Positions 1-10,400 of a stretch of DNA of 64,000 nt are shown piece after piece. Location of the stretch: NCBI GenBank assembly GCA_016217925.1, contig JACRFK010000003.1:143656-207655 (forward strand), in the 5' to 3' direction. A program made the translations under genes and the position numbers. Every line of letters starts with the position of its first letter. The stretch's first letter is position 1. The notes under the pieces were generated by a model. That model made no database searches. It was not told the DNA's origin and worked only from the letters and a program-made list of their open reading frames with translations. This DNA is from Candidatus Kaiserbacteria bacterium (GTDB lineage Bacteria > Patescibacteriota > Minisyncoccia > Phycocordibacterales > UBA2100).

Positions 1-132
1 GTCTACGAAAATATCGCGTGTGTCGTAACGGTCTTCCGGAAGCGCCGCGAGCATCGCCGCACCCGTTTTGAGCGAAAGGTCATATTCACTCGATGTCCCT
101 CCGCGCAAAATACCGACGCTCGTGCGTGCCAT
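1..132 (-). CDS. ddl: D-alanine--D-alanine ligase, N-terminal part (runs off the window)
   Basis: Manual translation MARTSVGILRGGTSSEYDLSLKTG matches the Ddl GGxSxExxxS motif; TATAAT 6 nt upstream of ATG. Confidence 0.85.
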   Translation of the reverse strand, partial: MARTSVGILRGGTSSEYDLSLKTGAAMLAALPEDRYDTRDIFVD

Positions 133-269
133 CCGAAAATTATACCATCCGTTTGCGTTGTCGAGTCCGGTGCCACGTAATGTCGCTACACTCCTTGGAA
201 ACCCACGGTTTCCAACGCTCGCTTTGCTCGCTGCTTTCCGTCACGGGGAACTCCCGTTCCCCGACCCCC

Positions 270-1535
270 TCACCATCCCATGGCTCGCCGCCTCCGGCTG
301 CGGTGCCAAGTGATGGCGAATCGGTGTGCTTCGCTATTGGCAAGCAATATGTCGTGCTCGTGGACGGAAATGGTGTGTCTGTCGCCGATGAGGCGCTCCG
401 GTTTGTGAAATTCATTCTTTACGACTCCGACGAGCGGCACGCTGATGCCGGCCTTGTTCAAGACTTTCTTTGCGGCATTCATCTGTCCTATGCCGCCGTC
501 GACAACAAAGACCCTCGGCAGCGGCCACTCGGGATGGCCGAGTCGTCGTTCAAGAACTTCGCGCAGAGCAGCAGTATCGTTGTTGGTGGCTGAATGAATC
601 TCGAATTTCCGGTACGCCGCGGGCAACTTCTCGCCGTTCGAAACAACCGTCATCACGGCTACCGTCTCGGAGCCCCCTGTGTGAGCCACATCGTATGCCT
701 CAATGCGGACGCCCCCGCCCGAGGAAATTTTGTTCTCACTTTTGATGAGCGACACATCGCGTATGTGTTCGAGTGCTGATATCTGCCGGCGGAGCTTTGT
801 CGCTTCTTCAAAATGCTCGCTCCTTGCGGCGGCCCGCATCTCACGCGCGAGCCGGCGTTTAAGCCCGTGAAAGTTCGCCGAGAACAGGTCTTTTATATTG
901 CGTATCGTTCGTGCGTACTCTACTTTCGATACTTCACCCGTGCAGACGCCTGGGCACAATCCTATCTGCCGGTTGAAGCACGGACGGCAAGGTTTGTTTT
1001 TGCCTTGTCCGCAGGGAATGCACTTCGAGTCACGGAACGGAAATATTCTTCGCACAGTTTTCACCGCCTCCTGCAGTTGCATTCCGTGCGGAAACGGCCC
1101 GAACGTGTACTTGACGTCCTTTTGGTCCCACTTTTGTCCTCCGAAGGAGGATCCGCCTCCGGCGGAATACAACTCGCGGCCGCGGACGAGGAGTACGCGA
1201 GGGAAATCTTCTTTTGTAATGACGACGTAGTTCCAACTCTTGTTGTCTTTTTCATCTACGTTGTACGGCGGCTGATGGCGCTTGATGAGTTCGGCTTCGA
1301 GTATGAGGGCTTCGAGCACCGAGCCTGTCGTCTGCGACGAGAGCCGGTCGGCCATCTCGACCATCCCGACGACCCGTCCGCCGCGTGCCGCAACGAGGTC
1401 GGCGGCAAAATAGCTCCGCACGCGGTCGCGCAAATTGGTCGCCTTGCCGATGTACAGAATTTTCCGTCCTTTTTTGAAGATATAAACTCCCGGCCTGTCC
1501 GGGAGCTTGAACTTCTTCAGTTCGTCCTTCGTCAT
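270..1535 (-). CDS. uvrC: Excinuclease ABC subunit C, short form without HhH tail
   Basis: GIY-YIG motif (PGVYIF...YIGKA), Cys-rich region, UVR domain, RNaseH-like IEAYDVAH and VDGG motifs; start chosen at MTKDELK after TATAGT. Confidence 0.9.
   Translation of the reverse strand: MTKDELKKFKLPDRPGVYIFKKGRKILYIGKATNLRDRVRSYFAADLVAARGGRVVGMVEMADRLSSQTTGSVLEALILEAELIKRHQPPYNVDEKDNKSWNYVVITKEDFPRVLLVRGRELYSAGGGSSFGGQKWDQKDVKYTFGPFPHGMQLQEAVKTVRRIFPFRDSKCIPCGQGKNKPCRPCFNRQIGLCPGVCTGEVSKVEYARTIRNIKDLFSANFHGLKRRLAREMRAAARSEHFEEATKLRRQISALEHIRDVSLIKSENKISSGGGVRIEAYDVAHTGGSETVAVMTVVSNGEKLPAAYRKFEIHSATNNDTAALREVLERRLGHPEWPLPRVFVVDGGIGQMNAAKKVLNKAGISVPLVGVVKNEFHKPERLIGDRHTISVHEHDILLANSEAHRFAITWHRSRRRRAMGW
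1135..1166. repeat. Tandem-hairpin palindrome in-frame in uvrC
   Basis: TCCTCCGAAGGAGGA-TCCGCCTCCGGCGGA encodes SAGGGSSFGG; similar copy at 24385-24414. Confidence 0.75.
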
Positions 1536-1576
1536 CAGGACACTATACAGAAACCGCTTATCCACCGCGAATTTGA

Positions 1577-1657
1577 CCCCGTTAGAGGCTCCGGACGCTG
1601 TGTGTATCTGGAACTATCGAACCCACGAGGTCTTTTCAGAGGCTGCCTCTAACGGGG
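1577..1657. mobile_element. MITE-like element with TIR CCCCGTTAGAGGC and TSD TTGA
   Basis: 13-bp perfect terminal inverted repeats; TTGA at 1573-1576 and 1658-1661. Confidence 0.8.
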
Positions 1658-1685
1658 TTGACTTTTTCCCGACCCCGTTTATACT
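1658..1685 (+). promoter_or_regulatory. Putative sigma70 promoter of the carAB leader
   Basis: TTGACT-16 nt-TATACT. Confidence 0.55.
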
Positions 1686-1694
1686 TACGTTTTA

Positions 1695-1793
1695 ATGACC
1701 TCCAAGAAGTTTCCAACGACAAACACCCGCCCGGGTGTATTTTTATACCCTCACTCTCGACCCGCCTCTGGCGGGTCTTTTTCTAGCCTATGA
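1695..1793 (+). CDS. Putative 32-aa leader peptide of carA
   Basis: MTSKKFPTTNTRPGVFLYPHSRPASGGSFSSL; crosses a terminator hairpin and its TGA overlaps the carA ATG. Confidence 0.5.
   Translation: MTSKKFPTTNTRPGVFLYPHSRPASGGSFSSL
1759..1782 (+). terminator. Attenuator-like intrinsic terminator before carA
   Basis: GACCCGCC-TCT-GGCGGGTC-TTTTT ending 7 nt before the ATG. Confidence 0.7.
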
Positions 1794-2860
1794 AATTGAT
1801 ACTCAAAGACGGTACGGTGTTCGAAGGGCAAAGCTTTGGTGCCCCCAAAAGTACCGCCGGCGAAGTGGTTTTTAATACCGGAATGACGGGATACGTCGAG
1901 AGCCTTTCTGACCCTTCGTACGCGGGACAAATCGTCGTCCTCACCTACCCGCTCGTGGGCAACTACGGCGTACCCGACAAGAAGTATTTTGAATCAAATA
2001 AGATGCAGATAGCGGGGCTAGTGGTCTCCGAATATTCGGAAAACTACTCACATCACGACGCAAAGGGGTCGCTCGCCGAGTGGCTCAAGTCTTCCGGCGT
2101 ACCCGCGATAACGGGCGTGGACACCCGCGCGCTCACCAAGCGCCTGCGCGAGCACGGGGTGATGTTAGGCGCGCTTAGCGTCAATCCCGCCAAGGGCGGG
2201 ACGAGGTTCACCGACCCAAATGACGAAAATCTCGTCGCCCGCGTGAGCATCAAAAAGAAAAAGACCTACGGCAACGGGCCGGTGAAAATAATCGCCGTTG
2301 ACTGCGGCATGAAAGAAAACATCGTTCGCGCGCTCACGCGACCCGAGACTACGGTCATCCGTGTACCGTGGGATTATGACTTCACCGAAGACAAGTACGA
2401 CGCGCTCTTTATTTCCAACGGCCCCGGCGACCCGACGCAATGCTGGATAACAATCGAACATATCAAGCACGCGATGTCTGCGGACAAGCCGATACTGGGG
2501 ATCTGCCTCGGTAATCAACTACTTGCACTCGCTGCAGGGGCAAAAACGTACAAGCTTAAGTACGGTCACAGAGGTCAAAACCAACCCTGCATAGATCTTG
2601 AGAACGGGCGCTGCTACATCACCTCACAAAATCACGGCTTCGCCGTGGACGGCAAAACACTCCCCGACGGATGGGGAGAATGGTTCGTGAATGCGAACGA
2701 CGGAAGCAACGAAGGTGTGCGGCACAAGACGAGGCCGTGGCGCTCGGTGCAATTCCACCCCGAAGCCTCCCCCGGACCCACCGACACCGCGTGGATATTC
2801 GATGAATTCATCGCCGCGTTGAGCAAGTCAGACCCGCACAAAAAGAAAACGTATGAATAA
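1790..2860 (+). CDS. carA: Carbamoyl-phosphate synthase small subunit
   Basis: GEVVFNTGMTGY, SNGPGDP, GICLGNQ and QFHPEA motifs. Confidence 0.97.
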   Translation: MKLILKDGTVFEGQSFGAPKSTAGEVVFNTGMTGYVESLSDPSYAGQIVVLTYPLVGNYGVPDKKYFESNKMQIAGLVVSEYSENYSHHDAKGSLAEWLKSSGVPAITGVDTRALTKRLREHGVMLGALSVNPAKGGTRFTDPNDENLVARVSIKKKKTYGNGPVKIIAVDCGMKENIVRALTRPETTVIRVPWDYDFTEDKYDALFISNGPGDPTQCWITIEHIKHAMSADKPILGICLGNQLLALAAGAKTYKLKYGHRGQNQPCIDLENGRCYITSQNHGFAVDGKTLPDGWGEWFVNANDGSNEGVRHKTRPWRSVQFHPEASPGPTDTAWIFDEFIAALSKSDPHKKKTYE

Positions 2861-5800
2861 AGTCCGCAAGGTGCTGCTGTTGGGTTCGGGGGGCCTTCGC
2901 ATCGGTCAGGCGGGTGAGTTTGATTACTCCGGCTCGCAGGCTATCAAGGCGCTCAAAGAGGAGGGTGTCAAAGTCGTACTGATGAATCCGAATATCGCAA
3001 CGGTGCAGACGGATGATAAGCTCGCGGACACCGTGTACTTTCTCCCCCTCACAGAACACTTCGCAACGCAGGTGATAAAGAAAGAAAAGCCCGATGCCAT
3101 ATTGCTCTCCTTCGGCGGGCAGACGGCTCTCAATCTCGGACTCTCGCTCGAAGAGCGCGGAGTCTTGAAAAAGTACAGCGTACGCGTACTCGGCACATCG
3201 GTCGCCACTATCCGCGACACCGAGGACCGCGAGCTATTTGTGCGACGTCTTTCGGAAATCGGTGTAAAGACCGCGCAAAGTCGGGCGACAGAAAATGTAC
3301 GAGACGCACTGAAAGCCGCGGGCGAGATAGGCTACCCGGTAATGATGCGTTCGGGCTTTGCACTCGGCGGTGAAGGGTCGGGAGTCGTTCACAACGAGAA
3401 GGAATTATCTGTGAAGCTAACGGAGGTGTTCAGGAACGTACCGCAGGTTCTCATCGAGGAAAACCTGAGCGGCTGGAAAGAGGTCGAATACGAAGTGGTG
3501 CGCGACCGCGCCGACAACTGCATCACGGTGTGCAATATGGAAAATCTCGATCCGATGGGCATTCATACAGGCGAGAGCATCGTCGTCGCGCCGTCGCAGA
3601 CGCTATCGAATGCCGAGTATCACGGACTTCGCGAGATAGCGATTAAAACGATACGCCACTTGGGAATTGTCGGAGAATGCAACATCCAGTATGCCCTTCA
3701 TCCGCAGACAGGTGACTACCGCGTCATCGAGGTGAACGCCCGCCTCTCGCGCTCTTCCGCGCTCGCATCGAAAGCCACAGGATATCCGCTCGCCTTCGTG
3801 GCCGCCAAGCTCGCGCTCGGATACAAGCTCACCGATATCAAGAATTCAGTCACTGGCAAAACGACTGCCTGCTTCGAGCCCGCACTCGATTACCTCGTCC
3901 TCAAAGCCCCACGCTGGGACCTGACAAAATTCGAGAACGCGGCACCTCGCATCGGTACCGAAATGAAAAGCGTCGGAGAGGTCATGGCCATTGGCCGCTC
4001 TTTCGAAGAAGTGCTGCAAAAAGCGCTTCGCATGCTCAACGTCGGCGTAGACGGATTCGTGCCCGCAAAAAACCCTTGTCCGAAAACCCGGTATTTGGAC
4101 GAAATACAGTACCCGACGACTCGTCGCATCTTTGCGCTCGCGGAAGCGCTGCACGACGGCGTCAATGTGGCCAAGCTGCACGACCTATCCAAAATTGACC
4201 CGTGGTTTCTGGAAAAGATGGGCAATATCGTCGGACTGGAACGTGAACTTAAGAGAAAGAAGTTGACCAAAGAGCTACTCGCACGCGCAAAACGCGCGGG
4301 ATTCTCCGATAAGCGCATTGGAACGTTGAAGAAAACGACTGAAGTGGCCGTCCGCTCTCTCCGCGCGCGCTTGCACGTGTTACCCGTCGTCAAACAGATA
4401 GACACACTTGCGGGTGAATTCCCCGCACAGACCAATTACCTGTACATGACCTACCACGGCACCGAAAACGATGTTGCGCGCGGAAAAAATCAGGTTGCCG
4501 TTTTGGGAAGCGGCCCGTATTGCATCGGCTCATCAGTCGAATTCGATTGGTCCTGCGTACAGGCGCTCAAAACTTTGAAGGCGGAAGGGCGCAACACCAT
4601 CATGATCAATTCCAACCCCGAGACCGTTTCGACCGATTACGACATGTCCGACCGGCTGTATTTCGAGGAACTTTCGCTTGAGCGCGTACTCGACATTGTC
4701 GATTTTGAGCGACCTCTCGGCGTCGTTATCTCAACCGGCGGCCAGATACCCAACAATCTCGCACTTCCGCTGCAGCGCAACAAGGTCAGAATTCTCGGCA
4801 CGGACCCGCAAAATATCAACCGTGCCGAAGACCGTCACGTATTCTCCAAATTGCTCGACGAGCTCGGTATTGACCAGCCCGAGTGGGCGGAACTCACCAC
4901 TCCCGCAGCAGCGGCGAAAGCGGCCGAGAAACTCGGCTACCCGGTCCTCGTGCGTCCCTCATACGTCCTCTCGGGTGCCGCGATGAAGGTGGCCTATGAT
5001 GAGAAATCTTTGCTTGAATTCCTTCAGCGCGCCGTTGACGTATCGTCCGACCACCCCGTTGTGATTTCAAAATTCATCGAGAACGCGCGCGAGATAGAAA
5101 TAGACGGCGTGGCACACAAGGGCGCGCTCGCAATCTACGCCATTACCGAACACATCGAAAATGCCGGCACGCACTCGGGCGACGCCACCGTGGTATTGCC
5201 GCCCCAGCGCACCTACCTCGAGACCATCCGGCGCGCCAAGCACATCACGAAGGATATTTTGAAGGCGCTGAAGATTACCGGCCCCTTCAATATGCAATTC
5301 ATCGCCAAAGACAATCACCTGCTTGTCATCGAGTGTAATCTGCGCGCCTCGCGCAGTTTCCCGTTCGTCTCAAAAGTGACGGGACACAATTTCATCAACC
5401 TCGCGGTACGCGCCATGCTAGGCAAAGATATCGCCGGCCACTATCGGACCGTCGAGCTTGATACCGTCGCCGTGAAATCGCCGCAATTTTCCTACGGCCG
5501 CATCAAGGGGGCCGACCCGCACACGAGCGTGGAGATGGCCTCGACTGGCGAAGTGGCGTGTTTCGGCGATTCCTATTCCGAGGCACTTCTCAAATCTATG
5601 ATGGCCGCGGGTTTCCGTTTGCCGAAGAAGAACGTACTTGTATCTCTCGGCAAAGAGGAGAATAAGATCAAGATGCTGCCGGCTGTAGCCGTGCTCGCCA
5701 ATATGGGATTCAAGCTCTACGCGACCGAGCACACGGCGGATTTTCTGCGCGAGAACAACATCCCGTGCGAGAAAGTCTATAAGATAAGTTCAAATATTGC

Positions 5801-6116
5801 GCCCAACGTCTCGGGGCTGTTCGAGGGCGGCGAGCTTGACCTCATCATCAACATCCCTACGAAGGGGCGCGAGAACACGACAGACGGCTTCACCATCCGC
5901 CGCAAGGCGATTGATATGAATATTCCGCTTATCACCAACCGCCAACTCGCCGAAGCCTTCATAACGGCGCTTGCGGAACAGAAAGCGGAGCGAAGCGGAG
6001 TCCCGCACCAAAAGCCAAAGAAGAAACACATTGGCACTTCAAAAGAGAATGGTAAGCTTTTTGGTGCTGGGAGATACGGACTGGAAGCGAAATCGTGGGA
6101 AGAATATCGTTCATAG
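2853..6116 (+). CDS. carB: Carbamoyl-phosphate synthase large subunit
   Basis: IGQAGEFDYSG, two ATP-grasp halves and MGS domain. Confidence 0.97.
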   Translation: MNKVRKVLLLGSGGLRIGQAGEFDYSGSQAIKALKEEGVKVVLMNPNIATVQTDDKLADTVYFLPLTEHFATQVIKKEKPDAILLSFGGQTALNLGLSLEERGVLKKYSVRVLGTSVATIRDTEDRELFVRRLSEIGVKTAQSRATENVRDALKAAGEIGYPVMMRSGFALGGEGSGVVHNEKELSVKLTEVFRNVPQVLIEENLSGWKEVEYEVVRDRADNCITVCNMENLDPMGIHTGESIVVAPSQTLSNAEYHGLREIAIKTIRHLGIVGECNIQYALHPQTGDYRVIEVNARLSRSSALASKATGYPLAFVAAKLALGYKLTDIKNSVTGKTTACFEPALDYLVLKAPRWDLTKFENAAPRIGTEMKSVGEVMAIGRSFEEVLQKALRMLNVGVDGFVPAKNPCPKTRYLDEIQYPTTRRIFALAEALHDGVNVAKLHDLSKIDPWFLEKMGNIVGLERELKRKKLTKELLARAKRAGFSDKRIGTLKKTTEVAVRSLRARLHVLPVVKQIDTLAGEFPAQTNYLYMTYHGTENDVARGKNQVAVLGSGPYCIGSSVEFDWSCVQALKTLKAEGRNTIMINSNPETVSTDYDMSDRLYFEELSLERVLDIVDFERPLGVVISTGGQIPNNLALPLQRNKVRILGTDPQNINRAEDRHVFSKLLDELGIDQPEWAELTTPAAAAKAAEKLGYPVLVRPSYVLSGAAMKVAYDEKSLLEFLQRAVDVSSDHPVVISKFIENAREIEIDGVAHKGALAIYAITEHIENAGTHSGDATVVLPPQRTYLETIRRAKHITKDILKALKITGPFNMQFIAKDNHLLVIECNLRASRSFPFVSKVTGHNFINLAVRAMLGKDIAGHYRTVELDTVAVKSPQFSYGRIKGADPHTSVEMASTGEVACFGDSYSEALLKSMMAAGFRLPKKNVLVSLGKEENKIKMLPAVAVLANMGFKLYATEHTADFLRENNIPCEKVYKISSNIAPNVSGLFEGGELDLIINIPTKGRENTTDGFTIRRKAIDMNIPLITNRQLAEAFITALAEQKAERSGVPHQKPKKKHIGTSKENGKLFGAGRYGLEAKSWEEYRS

Positions 6117-6435
6117 AAAAGGAGCGGGAGGGGGGACGCGTGTTACCGACGCAATACAAAACGCAAAACTGATGAGTCCCCCTCCCTCTGCGCCTTTACG
6201 GCACAATCTCGCATTGGCGGATACCCTCAGGGTCCGCGACACAATGCGAACACGAACACAACGTACACAACTGACGCAACGCTACAACATCCCTTACTAG
6301 GGATCGCGGAGTGCGAAGTCCCCTTCGCTTCAACCGCCTCACGGATATTCCGGATTACGTCCGGAGGTCCGTGGAGTCCGCCGAAAGACTTAGCTGGGCA
6401 GCGAAGCTATCGACGGAGTGAAAGGTATGTATACA

Positions 6436-6564
6436 TTATTTGGAGGATTTCTTCAACATTCTCTTCAAATAGTACCCCGTGTGAGAGCCGTCGGTCTTTG
6501 AGACTTCTTGGGGTGTACTCTTAGCAACCAAGTGAGATGGTCGATACTTTGATAATGACACCAT
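6436..6564 (-). pseudogene. Duplicated 3' end of uvrA, possibly a 42-aa ORF
   Basis: [27 protein letters not shown] versus uvr[28 protein letters not shown]; 25-bp exact match 6485-6509 = 7595-7619. Confidence 0.8.
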
Positions 6565-6592
6565 TTAGTTTGATGTAGAATATAAAAAGCAG

Positions 6593-6624
6593 CGCCGCTT
6601 TGCCTATGTTGGGGCAAAGCGGCG
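6593..6624 (-). terminator. Intrinsic terminator of the 264-aa gene
   Basis: CGCCGCTTTGCC / GGCAAAGCGGCG stem, T-run downstream on the minus strand. Confidence 0.7.
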
Positions 6625-6631
6625 AGAGTTG

Positions 6632-7426
6632 CTACCAGAGCCTAGTAGCACCGATTTTCTTGAAGAACGCCTCTCTCGGGTCTTCCCGAGGTGGAGGTTC
6701 GCAGCCGAACGCAAATGCGACGTCTAGCCGATTCCACCAGGATTCCCGATTCACGTTGAGGCAGGTGAACATGTTATCGTAGAAGTCCGGCCCCCCGCCA
6801 CAGTATGTGTGCACTCCGATGGCTAGCACGACAAGCTGTTGCTCGGACAAAGGAAACGGGTCGTGGAACCCGGCAATTTTGGAACCGCTAAGGCCATAAC
6901 GCCCTGTCCCTATGATGCGTTCGACTTGGAACGGCATCAATTGATGACGTAGACGCGGCATGATGCCTGCGGGAAGTTTCTTGTAGCCAAAGTTATCCAC
7001 GGCAGCCTCCACGCAGGAGAAATCGGACTTGTCGTTCGAAGTCTCTTTGCATGGAATGTCTGCGCCGGGGACAATCGCTATGTAATAATCCTTCCCCGGC
7101 TCCAAGATATGCCCGCCGTTGCTCAAGTGACGTTCGAGCGCATGTTGAGCATAGCTATCAGCCCTTTCTTTTGGGGCGTATCCGGCGGCTCGGAGGAGTT
7201 CTAGCTCCTTTGCTCCGTCAAGACCGAGGCCTCTGACGGTCAACATGAGATGCCCGTGTTCGTTATATTCGAACATCGACGGACCCCAGCAGGGTTGGCG
7301 TTTGACGAACTTCTTCAATTCCGTAAGTGCCTCCTCGCCGTCGTCTGCGGCGAGAAGATCGTCAAGGGCGCCTTTCGGTCCGCGCACTCGGCGGAGCGAA
7401 AGTGTTCCGAGCATACCTTTCGGCAT
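6632..7426 (-). CDS. Hypothetical protein (264 aa)
   Basis: Long ORF with SD AAGGAG, upstream TTGCTT...TATAAT and downstream terminator. Confidence 0.75.
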   Translation of the reverse strand: MPKGMLGTLSLRRVRGPKGALDDLLAADDGEEALTELKKFVKRQPCWGPSMFEYNEHGHLMLTVRGLGLDGAKELELLRAAGYAPKERADSYAQHALERHLSNGGHILEPGKDYYIAIVPGADIPCKETSNDKSDFSCVEAAVDNFGYKKLPAGIMPRLRHQLMPFQVERIIGTGRYGLSGSKIAGFHDPFPLSEQQLVVLAIGVHTYCGGGPDFYDNMFTCLNVNRESWWNRLDVAFAFGCEPPPREDPREAFFKKIGATRLW

Positions 7427-7542
7427 GGTCGTTCTCCTTGTTTTGATTTCAACGAGCGGTCATGAAATGCGAGCGAATCTCGAATCCCACCGCAACGGTG
7501 CATTATATCATGATGTCATAAAAAAGCAAGAGCTTCACAAGT

Positions 7543-10287
7543 TTATTTAATCATCCTTTTCTTCAATGTGCGTTTCAAGTAGTATCCCGTATGCGAGCCG
7601 TCGGTCTTTGAGACTTCTTCGGGTGTGCCCTTTGCTACGATTTTTCCGCCTCCTGCTCCCCCTTCGGGCCCCATGTCGATGATGTAATCGGCGCATTTCA
7701 AGACGTCGAGATTGTGCTCGATAGCTATCACGGTATTGCCGCGTTCGACAAGCTTCTGGAGAATATCTACAAGCTTTGCGACGTCGTCATAGTGGAGTCC
7801 GACCGTCGGCTCGTCGAGCAGGTAGACGCTTTTTGTAATGAGCGGACGGTAGAGCTCGGACGCGATTTTCACGCGCTGCGCTTCTCCGCCGGAGAGCGTC
7901 GTCGCACTTTGACCGAGTTCCAGATATCCGAGCCCGACGTCAATAAGGCTTTGCATTCTATCGGATACCGCAGGTATATCTTCGAAAAACGCGTACGCTT
8001 CCTCGACGGTCATGGAGAGCACATCGTGAATACTCTTTTTCTTGTACTTCACTTCGAGCGTCTCCTTCATAAAGCGCTTCCCGTTGCACACATCGCAGGT
8101 CACGTACACGGTCGGCAAAAAGTGCATCTCGACTGCGACAAGCCCATTGCCTTGGCATGCCTCGCACCGTCCGCCTTTCACGTTGAAAGAGAAGCGCCCG
8201 GGCCCCCAACCGCGCGCCCGCGCCTCTTCGCTCATGGCAAACATGTCGCGGATATGTGTCCACGCCCCCGTGTAGGTCGCTGGATTGCTGCGCGGGGTGC
8301 GGCCGATTGCGGATTGGTCTATCAAAATCGCCCGCCCGAGGTACTCGGTGCCCGAGAATTCTTTTGCGTTGTAGATTTTGGCGGTGCGATATCGTTTGTC
8401 GAAACGCGCCTGCAAATTGCGGTGAAGGATTTCGTAGAGAAATGTAGACTTTCCCGAGCCGGAAACACCCGAAACAACGACAAACTTTCCGAGCGGTACA
8501 TCCACGTTGAGATTTTCGATATTGAACTTCCCCGCGCCGCGTATTTTGATCTTGCCTCGGTCGGCGGTACGTCGCGTTTCGGGAATCTCAATCCTTATTT
8601 CATCCCTCAAATATTGCAACGTCCGTGAGACGTGCGCGCCTGCCCCGTAGGAAGCTTTGCTTTCCTTCGGGGAGCCGGATTTGTTGGTTTTAGCGGTGAG
8701 CAAGTCTTCAAGCCACCCATCCACAACCACTTCCCCGCCGTGTACGCCCGCACCGGGGCCGAGGTCAACGATGTAATCCGAAGCAAAAATGGTGTCTTCG
8801 TCGTGTTCAACGACGAGAACGGTGTTGCCGAGGTCGCGTAAGTGTTTCAACGTCTCGATGAGCTTGTCGTTGTCGCGCTGATGCAAGCCGATTGTCGGCT
8901 CGTCGAGCACATAGAGCGCGCCCACAAGCCCCGAGCCGAGCTGTGAGGCAAGCCGGATGCGTTGCGCCTCACCGCCCGACAAGGTATTCGCCTTTCTATC
9001 CAGCGTCAGGTATTCGATGCCCACATTGAGCATGAACTGCAGGCGCGAAGTTATCTCCTTGATGACAACGCGGGAAATGTCTTGTTCTTTTTTCGTGAGT
9101 TTCAGTTTGTTGAAAAAGTCCATCGCATCTTCGATTGAAAGGGACGAGAGATGTACGATGTTCATGCCCGTGGCCGGACCGTCGTTACTCTCCGGTTGCT
9201 TCACGTGTCCGAGAAATACATTTAGTGTTTCCGGTCGAAGACGCGCGCCCTCACAGACGTCGCATGCCTCATCGCCAAAGAAATATTTCGTCCCCAACCC
9301 TTTGCACTCCGGGCACGCGCCGTAGGGTGAGTTGAAGGAGAAGAGGCGCGGTTCAATTTCAGGAAATGAAAAGCTGTCGTACGGACACATGAATTTGGCC
9401 GAGACGATACGGGACTCCCCCGCCGCGTCGGTAATTTTTACCAATCCTTCGCTCTCGTGCAGCGCGCGCTCGATAGCCTCCGATGCGCGCTCATGCGCGG
9501 CTTTGGCGTCGTCCGCAAATTCAGAGACGAATATTTCGTCAACGACAATATCAATGTCGTGCTTGAAATGCTTCTTGAGGTCGACGCGCTCGCGGAGTGA
9601 CTTTTCCTCACCGTCTATAACGGCCTTCTCGTACCCTTTGTTGAGCATGTCGTAAAGGAGCTGGTAGTATTCTCCTTTCCGACCAACTACCACGGGAGAC
9701 GATATCCGTATCTTCGCTCCTGAAACTCCCGCTGTCAGCTTTCCTTTTCCCCGAGAACCGACCTCTGTGCTTTTCCCCGAGGTCGGTTCTCTGTGCTTTC
9801 GAGCCGCTTCGACGATGGAAAGCACCGATTCCAGTATCTCTTCGTTGGAAAGTTTGCGGACCTCACGGCCGCAAATCGTGCAGTGCGGCTTGCCCACACG
9901 CGCGTACAGCACGCGGAGGTAGTCGTAAATCTCGGTGATGGTCGCGACCGTCGAGCGCGGGTTGTTGGAGCGGGATTTTTGGTCTATTGAAATTGCGGGT
10001 GAAAGTCCCGTTATCTCGTCCACATCGGGCTTTTGCATTTGGCGTAAAAACTGCCTTGCGTATGCGGAAAGCGATTCCACGTACTTGCGCTGGCCCTCGG
10101 CAAAAATGGTATCAAAAGCAAGCGAAGACTTCCCGCTTCCGGAAAGCCCCGTGAAAACGACCATCTTGTTGCGTGGTATCTCAACACTGATGTTCTTCAG
10201 GTTGTGTGTCCGCGCCCCTTTGATGACGATTTTACCTGCCCCGACCGTAGCGTCGGGGTCTGAACCTTGTCTTCTTGAATTTGGCAT
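7543..10287 (-). CDS. uvrA: Excinuclease ABC subunit A
   Basis: Two Walker A motifs ([16 protein letters not shown]), LSGGEAQR twice, zinc fingers; start at MPNSRR. Confidence 0.97.
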   Translation of the reverse strand: MPNSRRQGSDPDATVGAGKIVIKGARTHNLKNISVEIPRNKMVVFTGLSGSGKSSLAFDTIFAEGQRKYVESLSAYARQFLRQMQKPDVDEITGLSPAISIDQKSRSNNPRSTVATITEIYDYLRVLYARVGKPHCTICGREVRKLSNEEILESVLSIVEAARKHREPTSGKSTEVGSRGKGKLTAGVSGAKIRISSPVVVGRKGEYYQLLYDMLNKGYEKAVIDGEEKSLRERVDLKKHFKHDIDIVVDEIFVSEFADDAKAAHERASEAIERALHESEGLVKITDAAGESRIVSAKFMCPYDSFSFPEIEPRLFSFNSPYGACPECKGLGTKYFFGDEACDVCEGARLRPETLNVFLGHVKQPESNDGPATGMNIVHLSSLSIEDAMDFFNKLKLTKKEQDISRVVIKEITSRLQFMLNVGIEYLTLDRKANTLSGGEAQRIRLASQLGSGLVGALYVLDEPTIGLHQRDNDKLIETLKHLRDLGNTVLVVEHDEDTIFASDYIVDLGPGAGVHGGEVVVDGWLEDLLTAKTNKSGSPKESKASYGAGAHVSRTLQYLRDEIRIEIPETRRTADRGKIKIRGAGKFNIENLNVDVPLGKFVVVSGVSGSGKSTFLYEILHRNLQARFDKRYRTAKIYNAKEFSGTEYLGRAILIDQSAIGRTPRSNPATYTGAWTHIRDMFAMSEEARARGWGPGRFSFNVKGGRCEACQGNGLVAVEMHFLPTVYVTCDVCNGKRFMKETLEVKYKKKSIHDVLSMTVEEAYAFFEDIPAVSDRMQSLIDVGLGYLELGQSATTLSGGEAQRVKIASELYRPLITKSVYLLDEPTVGLHYDDVAKLVDILQKLVERGNTVIAIEHNLDVLKCADYIIDMGPEGGAGGGKIVAKGTPEEVSKTDGSHTGYYLKRTLKKRMIK
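8639..8672. repeat. Palindrome CCCCGTAGGAAGC...GCTTTCCTTCGGGG in-frame in uvrA
   Basis: Encodes [10 protein letters not shown]; near-identical copy at 15071-15105. Confidence 0.75.
9753..9799. repeat. Doublet of the GAGAACCGACCT repeat in-frame in uvrA
   Basis: Encodes [16 protein letters not shown]; same family as 46609, 47485 and 48384. Confidence 0.8.
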
Positions 10288-10400
10288 ATATAGTTCCGAC
10301 CCCCGCTTTGCGCTAGGGGTTAGTATGGGGGATTGTATCAGAAACAGGAAGGGACCGCGATGTGCGGCCCCACTCCACTTTTCATTCTCCGACGCGGCGA

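Noticed and set aside
6240-6292. ACAAC/ACGAAC-rich low-complexity stretch (similar bias at 11970-12015)
   Set aside because: No regular period or defined repeat unit
7714-8628. Long plus-strand ORFs antisense to uvrA (likewise 813-1652, 12562-13422, 22076-23122, 23951-24901, and minus-strand 49455-50384)
   Set aside because: Shadow ORFs of well-supported genes in GC-rich sequence, with no recognisable motifs
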